Below, piece by piece: positions 1 to 9,259 of a stretch of 39,285 nt of DNA. This stretch comes from Promethearchaeota archaeon (GTDB lineage Archaea; Asgardarchaeota; Lokiarchaeia; Sigyniarchaeales; SOKP01). The notes under the pieces are model-generated. The model did no database searches. It was not told where the DNA came from and worked only from the letters and a program-made list of their open reading frames with translations. The stretch spans positions 1-39,285 of the forward strand of contig RDOE01000027.1 of the NCBI GenBank assembly GCA_011364975.1, written 5' to 3'. The position numbers were made by a program, and so were the translations under genes. Within the stretch, counting starts at the first letter, position 1; the number at the start of each line of letters is the position of its first letter.

Positions 1-972
1 TGGTAAATATTTTGTTAGAACCTTTTCAATCAAATTGAATTCTAATTTATCAATAATTAAAAATAGTATTGATTGATTTAAAAGCATTAATTTAGGATTA
101 AGTCTATGTACTTCGACTAGATTAAGTTTAAGAAATTGTTCAAATTGTTTAGAAAATAATGATAGGTTTTGAAAATCAAATATACTAAAATTTATAAAAT
201 AATCTAATATTTCATTATGCTTAATAAATGTTTCAGTCAAATTTATCCTCCATAAAATACGATAGATAGAACTTAATTTAAGATCTATTAAATGTAATAC
301 ATTTTCTTTATAGATAGAATTTATCTCTTTTTCAATTTTGGAAGGTTTTTCAAATTCTTCTTTAAACGTATTAATATAATAGGCATTTAAGAGATTTTGA
401 TTATAAATATTAAGACTGATGTAGAAAATAAGAAAACCTGAATAATTCAAATTTCTAAGTAATTTTATAAGAGTATGTATAAAATTTATTCTATTTTTAA
501 TAAGATCCGTTTTTATTTCAAAACCCTGAAGAGTAATTTCACTCTCTTGAGTTTTTATTGAAACTAATCCCTCAATATGATTGATATTTGAATTAGGGGC
601 AAAATTTTTTGTAATGGTCTTAAAAAATTGCCTTTTTAAGCTATGGGGGCCATAAAAGTAAATGAATTTATTTTCTTTTGTAAGTTTTTGGAAAATTAGA
701 TTAAATGAATTTAAAATTCTCTCTCTATCCTGATCTTCGAACTTAATCAAAAATACTTTTTTATACTTATCGGAGATATCTATTTGAAGCGAATAACTCT
801 TTAATAACCTTTTCATCAATAAATCATTAAGAATAGTAATGTTCTTTGGTAAATTTCCTGCTCTAAAAATAGAAAAAGCAATGAATTTTTTACGTTTATT
901 AATACTTTTATAAAAGATTAATCTATCTTCGATTATAAATGAAAATAAATTATATTTTCCTTTTCTTGACAT
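1..972 (-). CDS. Hypothetical protein, partial (runs off the left edge of the window; at least 324 codons, MSRKGKYNLFSFIIEDRLIF...)
   Basis: ATG at 972-970 on the minus strand. I read the frame manually down to position 1 without finding a stop. It is absent from the ORF track because the stop lies outside the window. Confidence 0.8.
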   Translation of the reverse strand, partial: MSRKGKYNLFSFIIEDRLIFYKSINKRKKFIAFSIFRAGNLPKNITILNDLLMKRLLKSYSLQIDISDKYKKVFLIKFEDQDRERILNSFNLIFQKLTKENKFIYFYGPHSLKRQFFKTITKNFAPNSNINHIEGLVSIKTQESEITLQGFEIKTDLIKNRINFIHTLIKLLRNLNYSGFLIFYISLNIYNQNLLNAYYINTFKEEFEKPSKIEKEINSIYKENVLHLIDLKLSSIYRILWRINLTETFIKHNEILDYFINFSIFDFQNLSLFSKQFEQFLKLNLVEVHRLNPKLMLLNQSILFLIIDKLEFNLIEKVLTKYLP

Positions 973-1130
973 TTCATTATAGATTTAAATGAAAATTATA
1001 AAAAGTAAACTTTTTCAAGATTTTATTCTAGGATTCTTCAGAATAAATCTATTTATGTGAAATAACATTAATTAAAATGTATTTAAATGCTTTTTTGTTA
1101 GAGAATATAACTCTTTAAAATTAACCAATT

Positions 1131-2390
1131 ATGCTTGATATGATTCTAAATTTTATAAAGGAACAGAAACCAGAGATTATTGTTCAATCACCTTCAAGAA
1201 TTAATTTAATAAATCCTCTAGATGGTGTTGAGGGTGATTTCTGGATGCCTTCTGTCGCAATTTATGGATTGAAAAATCCTTTATCAGTCTTCCTCTTTAT
1301 AAAGAGTCGCAAAAGTGATAGTGTAATAAAATTTTTTTCAATTAAAAAAAAAAATAATTTTTTTGAAATTCAACTTGAAAAAGAAGAGCTTATCTCAAAG
1401 GATATTATAGAAGTCAAAAATGAACTTAATGACGATTTTAAATTATTTTATGGTAGTATTTATCGCTTCTATAAAACTTGCAGTACTTTTTGGGAAAGAT
1501 TTATCAGAATGAATTTTGAAGTAGGAATCCTAACAACCATTCCACGACAAAGTGGCCTTGGTGGAAGTGCTTCTATGATAATCGCTATACTATACGGATT
1601 TGCTAACTATTTTAGATTATATAACGATTTATCATGTATAACTAAAGGGGAATTCCCAATTAATAAAGACATTATTGCAGAGATGGCAACTAAAGTTGAA
1701 TATGACGATTTGAAAATTACCGCGGGTTATGGAGATCGCTACGTCATAACTAAAGGAGGCTTATTATTTTGTTCATATTTTGGGAAATTATTTCATAAAC
1801 AGTTATCAATGGAACCTCTAGCAATTTGTGAAAGAATAGATAAGAGCTATAACATAAAAAATCTACCAATTATAATATGTTATTCCGGAATTTTACATGA
1901 AAGTGGAAATGTGCATGAAAAATTAAGGAAGATATATTTATCTAAAGACCCTAGAATCTTAAAGGGATATGAAAAACTAGCTGAAATTTCATGGAAATCT
2001 CGTTTCTGCTTAATGAGACATGATTGGAAACAATTGGGAACTCTATTTAAAGAAAATACAAAGATTATGAATGATATCATGAAATATGCTGGTTTTCAAT
2101 ATGGAATCGGCTTAGGGAATAACATTTTAATAAATTTAATTGAAGATCATCCTGATGTATATGCTGTTAAATTAACTGGCGCTGGAGGAGGAGGTTCGGT
2201 TTTTGCATTGGTTAAACCGAACAAAACTAATTTGGTTTTAAAATATTGGCAAAAAAAATTATTTGATATTACTAAAAATGATAAACTTTTCTTATCATTA
2301 TTACCTAATTATCCTGTAAATATTAGAGAATCACTTGTGAATGCTCAATTTTTCAAAATAAAAATTGCTGATGGCGTGAAAATAATCTAG
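1131..2390 (+). CDS. GHMP-family sugar kinase (glucuronokinase/HddA-like)
   Basis: N-terminal SPSRINL, ATP-binding loop IPRQSGLGGSAS, AGYGDRY, C-terminal KLTGAGGGG. Confidence 0.8.
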   Translation: MLDMILNFIKEQKPEIIVQSPSRINLINPLDGVEGDFWMPSVAIYGLKNPLSVFLFIKSRKSDSVIKFFSIKKKNNFFEIQLEKEELISKDIIEVKNELNDDFKLFYGSIYRFYKTCSTFWERFIRMNFEVGILTTIPRQSGLGGSASMIIAILYGFANYFRLYNDLSCITKGEFPINKDIIAEMATKVEYDDLKITAGYGDRYVITKGGLLFCSYFGKLFHKQLSMEPLAICERIDKSYNIKNLPIIICYSGILHESGNVHEKLRKIYLSKDPRILKGYEKLAEISWKSRFCLMRHDWKQLGTLFKENTKIMNDIMKYAGFQYGIGLGNNILINLIEDHPDVYAVKLTGAGGGGSVFALVKPNKTNLVLKYWQKKLFDITKNDKLFLSLLPNYPVNIRESLVNAQFFKIKIADGVKII

Positions 2391-2435
2391 TTAATCAAAA
2401 ATATCATTAAATTTTATGATTTATGGGGTGTTATT

Positions 2436-2633
2436 TTGAGTAAATATGACAGGTATAAAAAAAGCGCTGAGGGTTATATTTTTCCTCATAAACACTGTAA
2501 AAGATGTGGTCAAATGATTGAGGAAGCGTTTACTTATTGCTCTGATTGTTATAAAAAGATAAAAGAAAAGAAAAGAAGACGGATATCCTTCTTTAAAAGA
2601 AAGAATAAAGAAGAAAAAGAGTACTCCGAATAA
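2436..2633 (+). CDS. Small Zn-ribbon protein (DUF2116-like)
   Basis: PHKHCKRCG...YCSDC followed by a basic helix; TTG start after GGGGTG. Confidence 0.7.
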   Translation: MSKYDRYKKSAEGYIFPHKHCKRCGQMIEEAFTYCSDCYKKIKEKKRRRISFFKRKNKEEKEYSE

Positions 2634-2664
2634 AGAACTTTAGAGTTTAATCTTAATACAAATT

Positions 2665-4371
2665 TTAAACGTCCATTCGTTTTAAAATCCAATTTCGATC
2701 AAGTAATACTATAAATGGGCCCAACCTTGGACCAAACTTTTTACCTAATATAATTTTATATATTGCTTCGAACATTTTTTTAGGAGGATATGAAAGTTCT
2801 TCTTGAGCAATTTTAAAAATTATATTTTGAACATCATCTTCATTCACGTCTGGATTTATTTCTATATATTCTCTAAGCATTCTTATCCCCTTAATTTGTT
2901 CCTCATCTAGACTTTCAATTATCTTGTTATCTAATTCTTTTGGTATAGAGAAAATGGAAATCTTATTGGTAATGGACCTACGAATTTTCTCGTTTGGTTC
3001 ATTTTCTAATATTTCTTTGATTTCATTAACCCAATTTAATGTTCTTTTTAATAATCCCCGGAAGTCTTCTAAACTAACAAATTTTTCAAATTGTTCATCA
3101 TTTATTATTGATTTTACTTTTTCATATAACTTATCAATACTCAGAATATTTTGGAGTTGAGCAAGAAAAATTAACAATTTATATGATATACGAATTGGTT
3201 TTGATTCTCTTATCTTATCAACTTTAATTAACGGATACAAATATTTGAAGAAGAATAATTCATCATCATTTTCAGCATCTTCATTGGAGTAGTATATATT
3301 TTCCATTCTCTCTAAATAATCATAATATTGAGGTAATTCTTCTATTCTGAAAGAAATGTGTTTCATTGGATTTGTTCTTAGGATTAACATTCTATAAATT
3401 TCTGGGTCAGCAATTTCTAAATACTTGTTAGATGTAAAAACTATTCCTTTTGATGTTTTCATATCTTTATCTCCCAATCTCAGCCACTCATAAGGCAATT
3501 TAATAGGGCCTTCGAAATTGAATACTTCACGACAGATTTCAAGTCCAGTATCATACGCACCACCCTTAACACTATGATCCTTACCCGCAGGTTCACAAGT
3601 TGTTTTATAGATAGCCCATTTAGCAGGCCAGTCGACACGCCAATTTAATTTCAATCGTCCACTGTATATAGATAGATTTCCCTTGTATCCACATGCAGTA
3701 CATTCGTAATATACCTCATCTTTTTCATTAAAATATTTTAAAACTCGATTAGGGGTTATTGTACCATCTAATTCCTTATGTTGTAATTTATTACAGTTTT
3801 CACACAATGCCATAACAGGCATCCAAGTTTTTTGCATCTCTAAAAATTCTTTTCTTCGAATTTCATCTAAAGTAGGTATAATATATTTTTTTAAAATTTC
3901 TTTGATCTTATTAGTATTTTCAAGAGCAATCTTTATCTTTTTTTGCATAACTTTTGTTTTGTATAAATCAAATGTCCAGATGATTTTACTCTTAATTCCA
4001 AATTCCTTAAAAGTAGAAATTAATTCATTACCAAAGTGTTTTGCATAATTCTCACATTGGCAATCATCGAATGGGCATGGAATCAATGCAAAAGGTTTTC
4101 CCAGATGTTCTTTTTGAAACTTTTTATTTATATATTCTGGAAACCTTTTCGCCGCATCAAAATCATCTAGAAATAGAAAAAAGTCTATTGATTTTCCTTT
4201 ATCTATTAATATTCTTCTTAAGGCATCACAAATAATAATCTCTCGTAAAATACCAATGTGAATATGGCCTGAAGGAGTTTTACCTGTCGCTAATGTTATC
4301 TTCTTTAAGGACCTTCCTAAGATTTTGTCAACTGTCTCTTCTAGCCAATGATCAAGATATTCTTTATTCAT
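2665..4371 (-). CDS. lysS: Lysine--tRNA ligase, class I
   Basis: TGKTPSGHIHIG (HIGH), KLNWRVDWPAKW, EPAGKDH, MKTSKG (KMSKS-like), C-terminal GPRLG. Confidence 0.97.
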   Translation of the reverse strand: MNKEYLDHWLEETVDKILGRSLKKITLATGKTPSGHIHIGILREIIICDALRRILIDKGKSIDFFLFLDDFDAAKRFPEYINKKFQKEHLGKPFALIPCPFDDCQCENYAKHFGNELISTFKEFGIKSKIIWTFDLYKTKVMQKKIKIALENTNKIKEILKKYIIPTLDEIRRKEFLEMQKTWMPVMALCENCNKLQHKELDGTITPNRVLKYFNEKDEVYYECTACGYKGNLSIYSGRLKLNWRVDWPAKWAIYKTTCEPAGKDHSVKGGAYDTGLEICREVFNFEGPIKLPYEWLRLGDKDMKTSKGIVFTSNKYLEIADPEIYRMLILRTNPMKHISFRIEELPQYYDYLERMENIYYSNEDAENDDELFFFKYLYPLIKVDKIRESKPIRISYKLLIFLAQLQNILSIDKLYEKVKSIINDEQFEKFVSLEDFRGLLKRTLNWVNEIKEILENEPNEKIRRSITNKISIFSIPKELDNKIIESLDEEQIKGIRMLREYIEINPDVNEDDVQNIIFKIAQEELSYPPKKMFEAIYKIILGKKFGPRLGPFIVLLDRNWILKRMDV

Positions 4372-4459
4372 TATATTTAACGAAAAATGCCAATTCCTTA
4401 TCCTATTAAATAATAAAAGTTATTTATCATTTATTATTTTAAAAGTTAGTGAATTTGTA

Positions 4460-6280
4460 TTGAGAATAGCCGTACTTAATAAGGACCGTTGTAAACCTGA
4501 TAAATGCAGTCCATTTGGAGAAAAGCCTTGTATTAAATATTGCCCAAGGGTTCGAACGGGTGATAAAACTATAGTATTAAATCCTGATGGGAAAAGTGTT
4601 TTAATAACGGAAAGTTTATGTACTGGATGTGGCATTTGCATTAAAAAGTGTCCCTTTAATGCAATTAGTATTGTAAATTTACCAGATCCTTTGGAAAATC
4701 AAATTACCTATCGATATGGTGTTGACCAATTCTCATTATTCAGAATGGTCATTCCCAAGAAAGGAAAAGTAGTTGGCTTAATCGGACAAAATGGTATTGG
4801 AAAGAGTACTATGCTTAAAATTTTATCGGGAGAACTTGATATAAATCTTGGTCGCTTTGGTGAAGAACAACCCAGCGAAGAAGATATAATAAATTTCTTT
4901 AAAGGATCAGAGTTACAACAATATTTCATTGATTTATTTAAAAAAAAGATAAACATTATTCATAAACCTCAAAATATTACCCAAATTCCTAAATTCGTTT
5001 CAGGGAAAGTTGGAGAAATTCTCAATAAAAATGACATGAATAATGAATTGAACGATATATGTGATCAATTAAACTTAACTAATATTTTAGACAGAGAGAT
5101 TTCAGTTCTTTCTGGAGGAGAACTTCAGAGAGTTGCTATAACTGCGGCATTTCTAAAAGATGGAGATGTCTATTTAATTGATGAACCAAGTTCTTATTTG
5201 GATGTAAGTGAAAGAATAAATATGGCAAAATTGATCAGATCACTTTGCGAGCGAGATAAAATAGTTATTGTTGTTGAACATGACTTAGCTATATTAGATT
5301 ATTTAAGTGATTATGTTTCTTTATTTTATGGCGAACCTGGAGTATATGGTATTATTTCCCACCCACAAGGAGTAAGAGTTGGAATTAATATATACCTTAA
5401 TGGTTATATAAAAGACGAAAATGTGAGAATAAGAAATGTTCCAGTTCAATTCCATGAACGTCCACCGATAGATTCTTATTTTAGTAAAGGAGATATTCTA
5501 CTCGAATATGAGGATATGAAAAAAGATTTAGGAAATTTCCATTTAGAGGTTAATGGAAGTGAAATCCATGCGGGAGAAATTATTGGGATTCTAGGACCAA
5601 ATGGAATAGGTAAGTCAACATTTATGAATTTACTAGCAGAGAATGTTCAGAAAAGGAATTCCGTAATAGCGGACGATCTTAATAATGAGAACCATAAAAT
5701 TACGGTATCATTAAAACCTCAATATATTAAATTAACAGAACCAATATTAGTTTCTGAAGTTTTAAATAAAATAAAATTCGCCCCTCATCTTAGTGATTCT
5801 TATAAAAAGCGATTAATAAATAATTTGAATTTGGATATCATAAAGGAAAGAAAGATAATAGATTTAAGTGGTGGCGAGCTTCAAAGAGTTGCTATTGCTA
5901 AATGTTTGGCCACAGAAGCGGATATATATTTATTAGATGAACCTTCAGCATTTTTAGATGTAGAAATGAGATTACAAATGGCTCAATTATTAAGAAAATC
6001 GATAGAAGAACTCAAAAAAGCTGCTTTTGTAGTTGAGCATGATATTATTACTCAGGATTTTATTGCTGACTCAATCCTAATTTTTGAAGGAATACCTGGA
6101 TTTAGAGGAAAAGCATTGTCTCCCTTAAATCTTAGGGACGGATTTAATAAATTCTTAAAGATGATGGACATTACTTTCAGAAGAGACAGTATTACAAAGA
6201 GACCTAGAGTAAATAAAATTGGTAGTAATAAAGATGATTATCAGAGAAGTATAAATGAATATTATTATGTGCCCAAATAA
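4460..6280 (+). CDS. rli: Ribosome recycling ATPase ABCE1/RLI
   Basis: N-terminal Fe-S domain (CKPDKC...CIKYCP...CTGCGICIKKCP), two ABC cassettes (GQNGIGKS, GPNGIGKS, LSGGELQR twice), C-terminal ITFRRD..RPRVNK; TTG start. Confidence 0.98.
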   Translation: MRIAVLNKDRCKPDKCSPFGEKPCIKYCPRVRTGDKTIVLNPDGKSVLITESLCTGCGICIKKCPFNAISIVNLPDPLENQITYRYGVDQFSLFRMVIPKKGKVVGLIGQNGIGKSTMLKILSGELDINLGRFGEEQPSEEDIINFFKGSELQQYFIDLFKKKINIIHKPQNITQIPKFVSGKVGEILNKNDMNNELNDICDQLNLTNILDREISVLSGGELQRVAITAAFLKDGDVYLIDEPSSYLDVSERINMAKLIRSLCERDKIVIVVEHDLAILDYLSDYVSLFYGEPGVYGIISHPQGVRVGINIYLNGYIKDENVRIRNVPVQFHERPPIDSYFSKGDILLEYEDMKKDLGNFHLEVNGSEIHAGEIIGILGPNGIGKSTFMNLLAENVQKRNSVIADDLNNENHKITVSLKPQYIKLTEPILVSEVLNKIKFAPHLSDSYKKRLINNLNLDIIKERKIIDLSGGELQRVAIAKCLATEADIYLLDEPSAFLDVEMRLQMAQLLRKSIEELKKAAFVVEHDIITQDFIADSILIFEGIPGFRGKALSPLNLRDGFNKFLKMMDITFRRDSITKRPRVNKIGSNKDDYQRSINEYYYVPK

Positions 6281-6536
6281 TTATCATCTTTATTATTAAT
6301 ATTATTTTATACAATATTTACTGCATTATTTCCATTGCATACCTAATTTTTATTATAATCATTAATAATTTTAATTAAGAATTTAATAAAATAATTTAAA
6401 AACAATGTAATTCTAGTTTTCTGGGCCCTATTTTATTTGATATAATATATTTTTTTATTACTAGTTTTATTATTTTATTCCAGTCGAAATCTTACACTAA
6501 TTCAGAAATTATTAATATAGAAATAAAAATAAAAAA

Positions 6537-6791
6537 TCATTCTTTGATTTTCCATACTACTTGTGGTCTTCCTCTTTTGCCATTATTTCTGGTATGTTTT
6601 TCTATAAACTTTCTCTTCTGTAATTTTAATAAATTATCATATATAGTAGTTCTAGGTGTCGTAAGTTGTTTAACTAGCTCTCTTCTAGTCAAGGGACCCA
6701 CTTCATACAGAGTTTTAATCAAATTATTCTGAATTGGTGTTAAGTTGTAATTTGATTCATATTCTTTTTCTAACATATTTCTACTAACCAT
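6537..6791 (-). CDS. Small winged-HTH transcriptional regulator (TrmB/ArsR-like)
   Basis: LTPIQ..LIKTL..GPLTRREL..LTTPRTTIYDNLLKL..FI, wing GRPQVVW; GGAGG SD upstream. Confidence 0.85.
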   Translation of the reverse strand: MVSRNMLEKEYESNYNLTPIQNNLIKTLYEVGPLTRRELVKQLTTPRTTIYDNLLKLQKRKFIEKHTRNNGKRGRPQVVWKIKE

Positions 6792-6815
6792 AATTTATTC
6801 CTCCGCGTCATTTTC

Positions 6816-6858
6816 TGTCGAATTTATAATTTATCATTACTTCGACAATTTATCGACA
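6816..6858. promoter_or_regulatory. Putative operator: inverted repeat TGTCGAA (6816-6822)/TTCGACA (6841-6847) plus a third TCGACA (6853-6858)
   Basis: Repeats read directly. They lie between a TATA-like TTTATAAA (~6862-6869) and the wHTH start codon. Confidence 0.45.
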
Positions 6859-6920
6859 TTATTTATAAAGAAACTAAATATAGTCTTATAGTATTTATTA
6901 GTATCAGGTTTTATATAAAG

Positions 6921-6955
6921 ATGCTTATTGATGCATTATTATCATAAATAAGCAT
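6921..6955. promoter_or_regulatory. Putative operator: inverted repeat ATGCTTATT-N17-AATAAGCAT upstream of the RHH gene
   Basis: Perfect 9-bp arms read directly, immediately after the TATA-like TTTTATATAAA (~6909-6919). Confidence 0.45.
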
Positions 6956-7014
6956 AAATTTAAAAACGACAAAAATTTTGATAATATTGTATTAATAGTA
7001 AGAATCTTTCAATT

Positions 7015-7383
7015 ATGACTGAAACAACAAGAACTACAGTCACACTAAGTAAAACTAGTATGAATCAAGTAGAAGAATTAGTAGGTGTATTTGGAAACAC
7101 TCCTGCTTCTGTCATAAGTCGAATTGTTGAACATTTTTTTGATTACGGGCGATTTGATGATGTTCTGGACAAACTAAGGGTTAAAAAAAGAGAGATGTAT
7201 CCCCCTAATGAAGCAATAATTAATAGGAAAATCACAAATTTATTCAAAGGAGCAAATAGAATTCCATTCAAGGACTTTATAGATTATTTGGAAGTAGATC
7301 CACATTTAATATTGAAGAATATTCATATATGGACTGAAAAATATAATATAAAAATAATTGAAAATATTGTAATTAAAGAATAA
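7015..7383 (+). CDS. Ribbon-helix-helix (CopG/MetJ-like) domain protein
   Basis: N-terminal TRTTVTLS beta-ribbon, followed by helices MNQVEELV and PASVISRIVEHFF. Confidence 0.65.
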   Translation: MTETTRTTVTLSKTSMNQVEELVGVFGNTPASVISRIVEHFFDYGRFDDVLDKLRVKKREMYPPNEAIINRKITNLFKGANRIPFKDFIDYLEVDPHLILKNIHIWTEKYNIKIIENIVIKE

Positions 7384-7455
7384 ATATATTCCTTCTCAAA
7401 TATTTAAACTAAATCAATTATTTCATATTTCGATGTTGTAAATAAACAGCGGTTC

Positions 7456-7668
7456 TTAAAAGAATCCCTCAAAAAAATTGTTAGTCTGACCCATGGTCCA
7501 ATCGAGTAATGATGTGATTATCCCCACTATAATAAAGAAAATAAATAGAGCCAATCCAATTAGTAAGGCATATTCTACAAGATTCCCTCCTGATTCATCT
7601 AAAAAAAATCTTTTTAACTCGCTTTTAATTGTTTGCAAATATTTTCTTAGCTTTGTTCTTTTAAACAT
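7456..7668 (-). CDS. Flp/Fap (type IVc/Tad-type) pilin-like protein
   Basis: FFLDESG|GNLVEYALLIG: Gly-1, Glu+5 and Tyr+6 Flp motif, followed by a hydrophobic helix; about 43-aa mature peptide. Confidence 0.7.
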   Translation of the reverse strand: MFKRTKLRKYLQTIKSELKRFFLDESGGNLVEYALLIGLALFIFFIIVGIITSLLDWTMGQTNNFFEGFF

Positions 7669-7744
7669 AATTTATTTATCAAGCATTTTAAATTTGAATA
7701 ATAACTAAATAATTTAAACTAAACAATTTTTTGATAAATAAATC

Positions 7745-8158
7745 CTATTTTCTAAGAATTTCAATCATATCTTCCAAAGATTGATCATTAGCCTGCTCAC
7801 GAGGGATATATAGTTTAAATTTATTATCATCCATTCTTCTAGGAATAATATGAAAATGAAAATGATCTATAACTTGACCAGCGGCTTTAAAATTGTTTTG
7901 AAGAATATTATATCCATCGATATCTAACTTATTATGAATTAAAGTAGCAACTTTTTTTACAGTCTGAATAATATTGGCTAAATCCTTTATAGGAATATCT
8001 TCTAGATGCATAAAATGTTTTTTTGGAATTACAATAGTATGTCCACTTGAAACAGGAAAAATATCTAAGAAAGCTACATTATAATCATCTTCGAATACAA
8101 TTTTTGCTGGGATTTTTTTCTTAACAATTTGGCAAAAAATACAATTTTCTATACTCAT
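7745..8158 (-). CDS. HIT family nucleotide hydrolase
   Basis: NCIFCQI, AFLDIFP..GHTIVIPKKH, AGQVIDHFHFHIIPR. Confidence 0.95.
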   Translation of the reverse strand: MSIENCIFCQIVKKKIPAKIVFEDDYNVAFLDIFPVSSGHTIVIPKKHFMHLEDIPIKDLANIIQTVKKVATLIHNKLDIDGYNILQNNFKAAGQVIDHFHFHIIPRRMDDNKFKLYIPREQANDQSLEDMIEILRK

Positions 8159-8286
8159 TTTATTTTACCCCTCTAATACATCTGATTTCTGTAATATTAT
8201 TTAATTTATTTTTTAAAAAATTTTCACTGACTAATAATTTTTGAATCTTATATATCTCTCTTATTTTAAAAATATTAAGGGGAAAA

Positions 8287-9102
8287 ATGTTATACAAAGA
8301 AATCAAACTTTTATTAGATAGACGCATTGCGCCGAAAAGATTTTTGATAAATGGAGATATGTATGGTTTGCAGTATGGTCAAGCTGACAATGAAAAAGAA
8401 ATAAAAAAAGTATTACTAACTATCGATTTGAATTTAGAGTCTATTCATTATGCAATTAAAAATAAAATTAATCTTATAATCTCATATAAGGGTTTAATCT
8501 CCAAACCAATTAATAAATTTAATAATATCCTAATTAAAAAACTTAATTTACTTTCAAATTACCCTATCTTAATTTTTATATTAAATTCTTCGATAATATC
8601 TGCACAAGGGGGGATTTCTGACACCATAATGGAACTATTGTATTTTCAATTAGAAAAGGTGCTTGAAATTAAAAATAATAGAGGAAATACCATACCAATA
8701 GGTAGAATTTGCTTACCCAAATCATATACAGAAAATTCAGTCCCAATGACAGTATTAAAATTATTGAAAAGAATTAAATCAAATATGTCACTTGAATCAT
8801 TATCTTTTGTGGGCGAATTACAAACTGTTATAAAAAAAATCTGCATTGTTGGAAGTGAAATTAAAAATGTTAACTATTTAAAAGAAGCATCGAGAAATGG
8901 GTGCGATTGTTTAATTTCAAGTACAATAAATAGCGAATTAGCTAATTTAGCTAAGGAATTAAGAATAATTTTGATTAAGATACCTCTATACTCATCTTTA
9001 AATATTACTATGAAGAAATTCACTAATTTATTAAGTCTAGAATTTCCATATGATGAATTTCTTTTTTTTGAAATAAAAGAACCAACTAAAACTTATAACT
9101 AA
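8287..9102 (+). CDS. Nif3/YbgI (DUF34)-fold protein lacking the canonical metal ligands
   Basis: GLQYG...IKKVLLTIDL...AIKNKINLIIS, GGISD, IGRI, IKKICIVG match the Nif3 scaffold; the HH, HT.LD and GH...E motifs are replaced. Confidence 0.75.
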   Translation: MLYKEIKLLLDRRIAPKRFLINGDMYGLQYGQADNEKEIKKVLLTIDLNLESIHYAIKNKINLIISYKGLISKPINKFNNILIKKLNLLSNYPILIFILNSSIISAQGGISDTIMELLYFQLEKVLEIKNNRGNTIPIGRICLPKSYTENSVPMTVLKLLKRIKSNMSLESLSFVGELQTVIKKICIVGSEIKNVNYLKEASRNGCDCLISSTINSELANLAKELRIILIKIPLYSSLNITMKKFTNLLSLEFPYDEFLFFEIKEPTKTYN

Positions 9103-9259
9103 ATTAAAAAGTTTATCAAATCTATATTAAATCAAATGCAAAATTGTAATCATATATCAAATCCAAAAAACTGCTTTTTATTAAATTAAATTTAAATGGT
9201 TGAATTTTTACAATTTTTTTAGTTTTGTTAAAATTAAATTAGATATTTAATGAAGAAAA

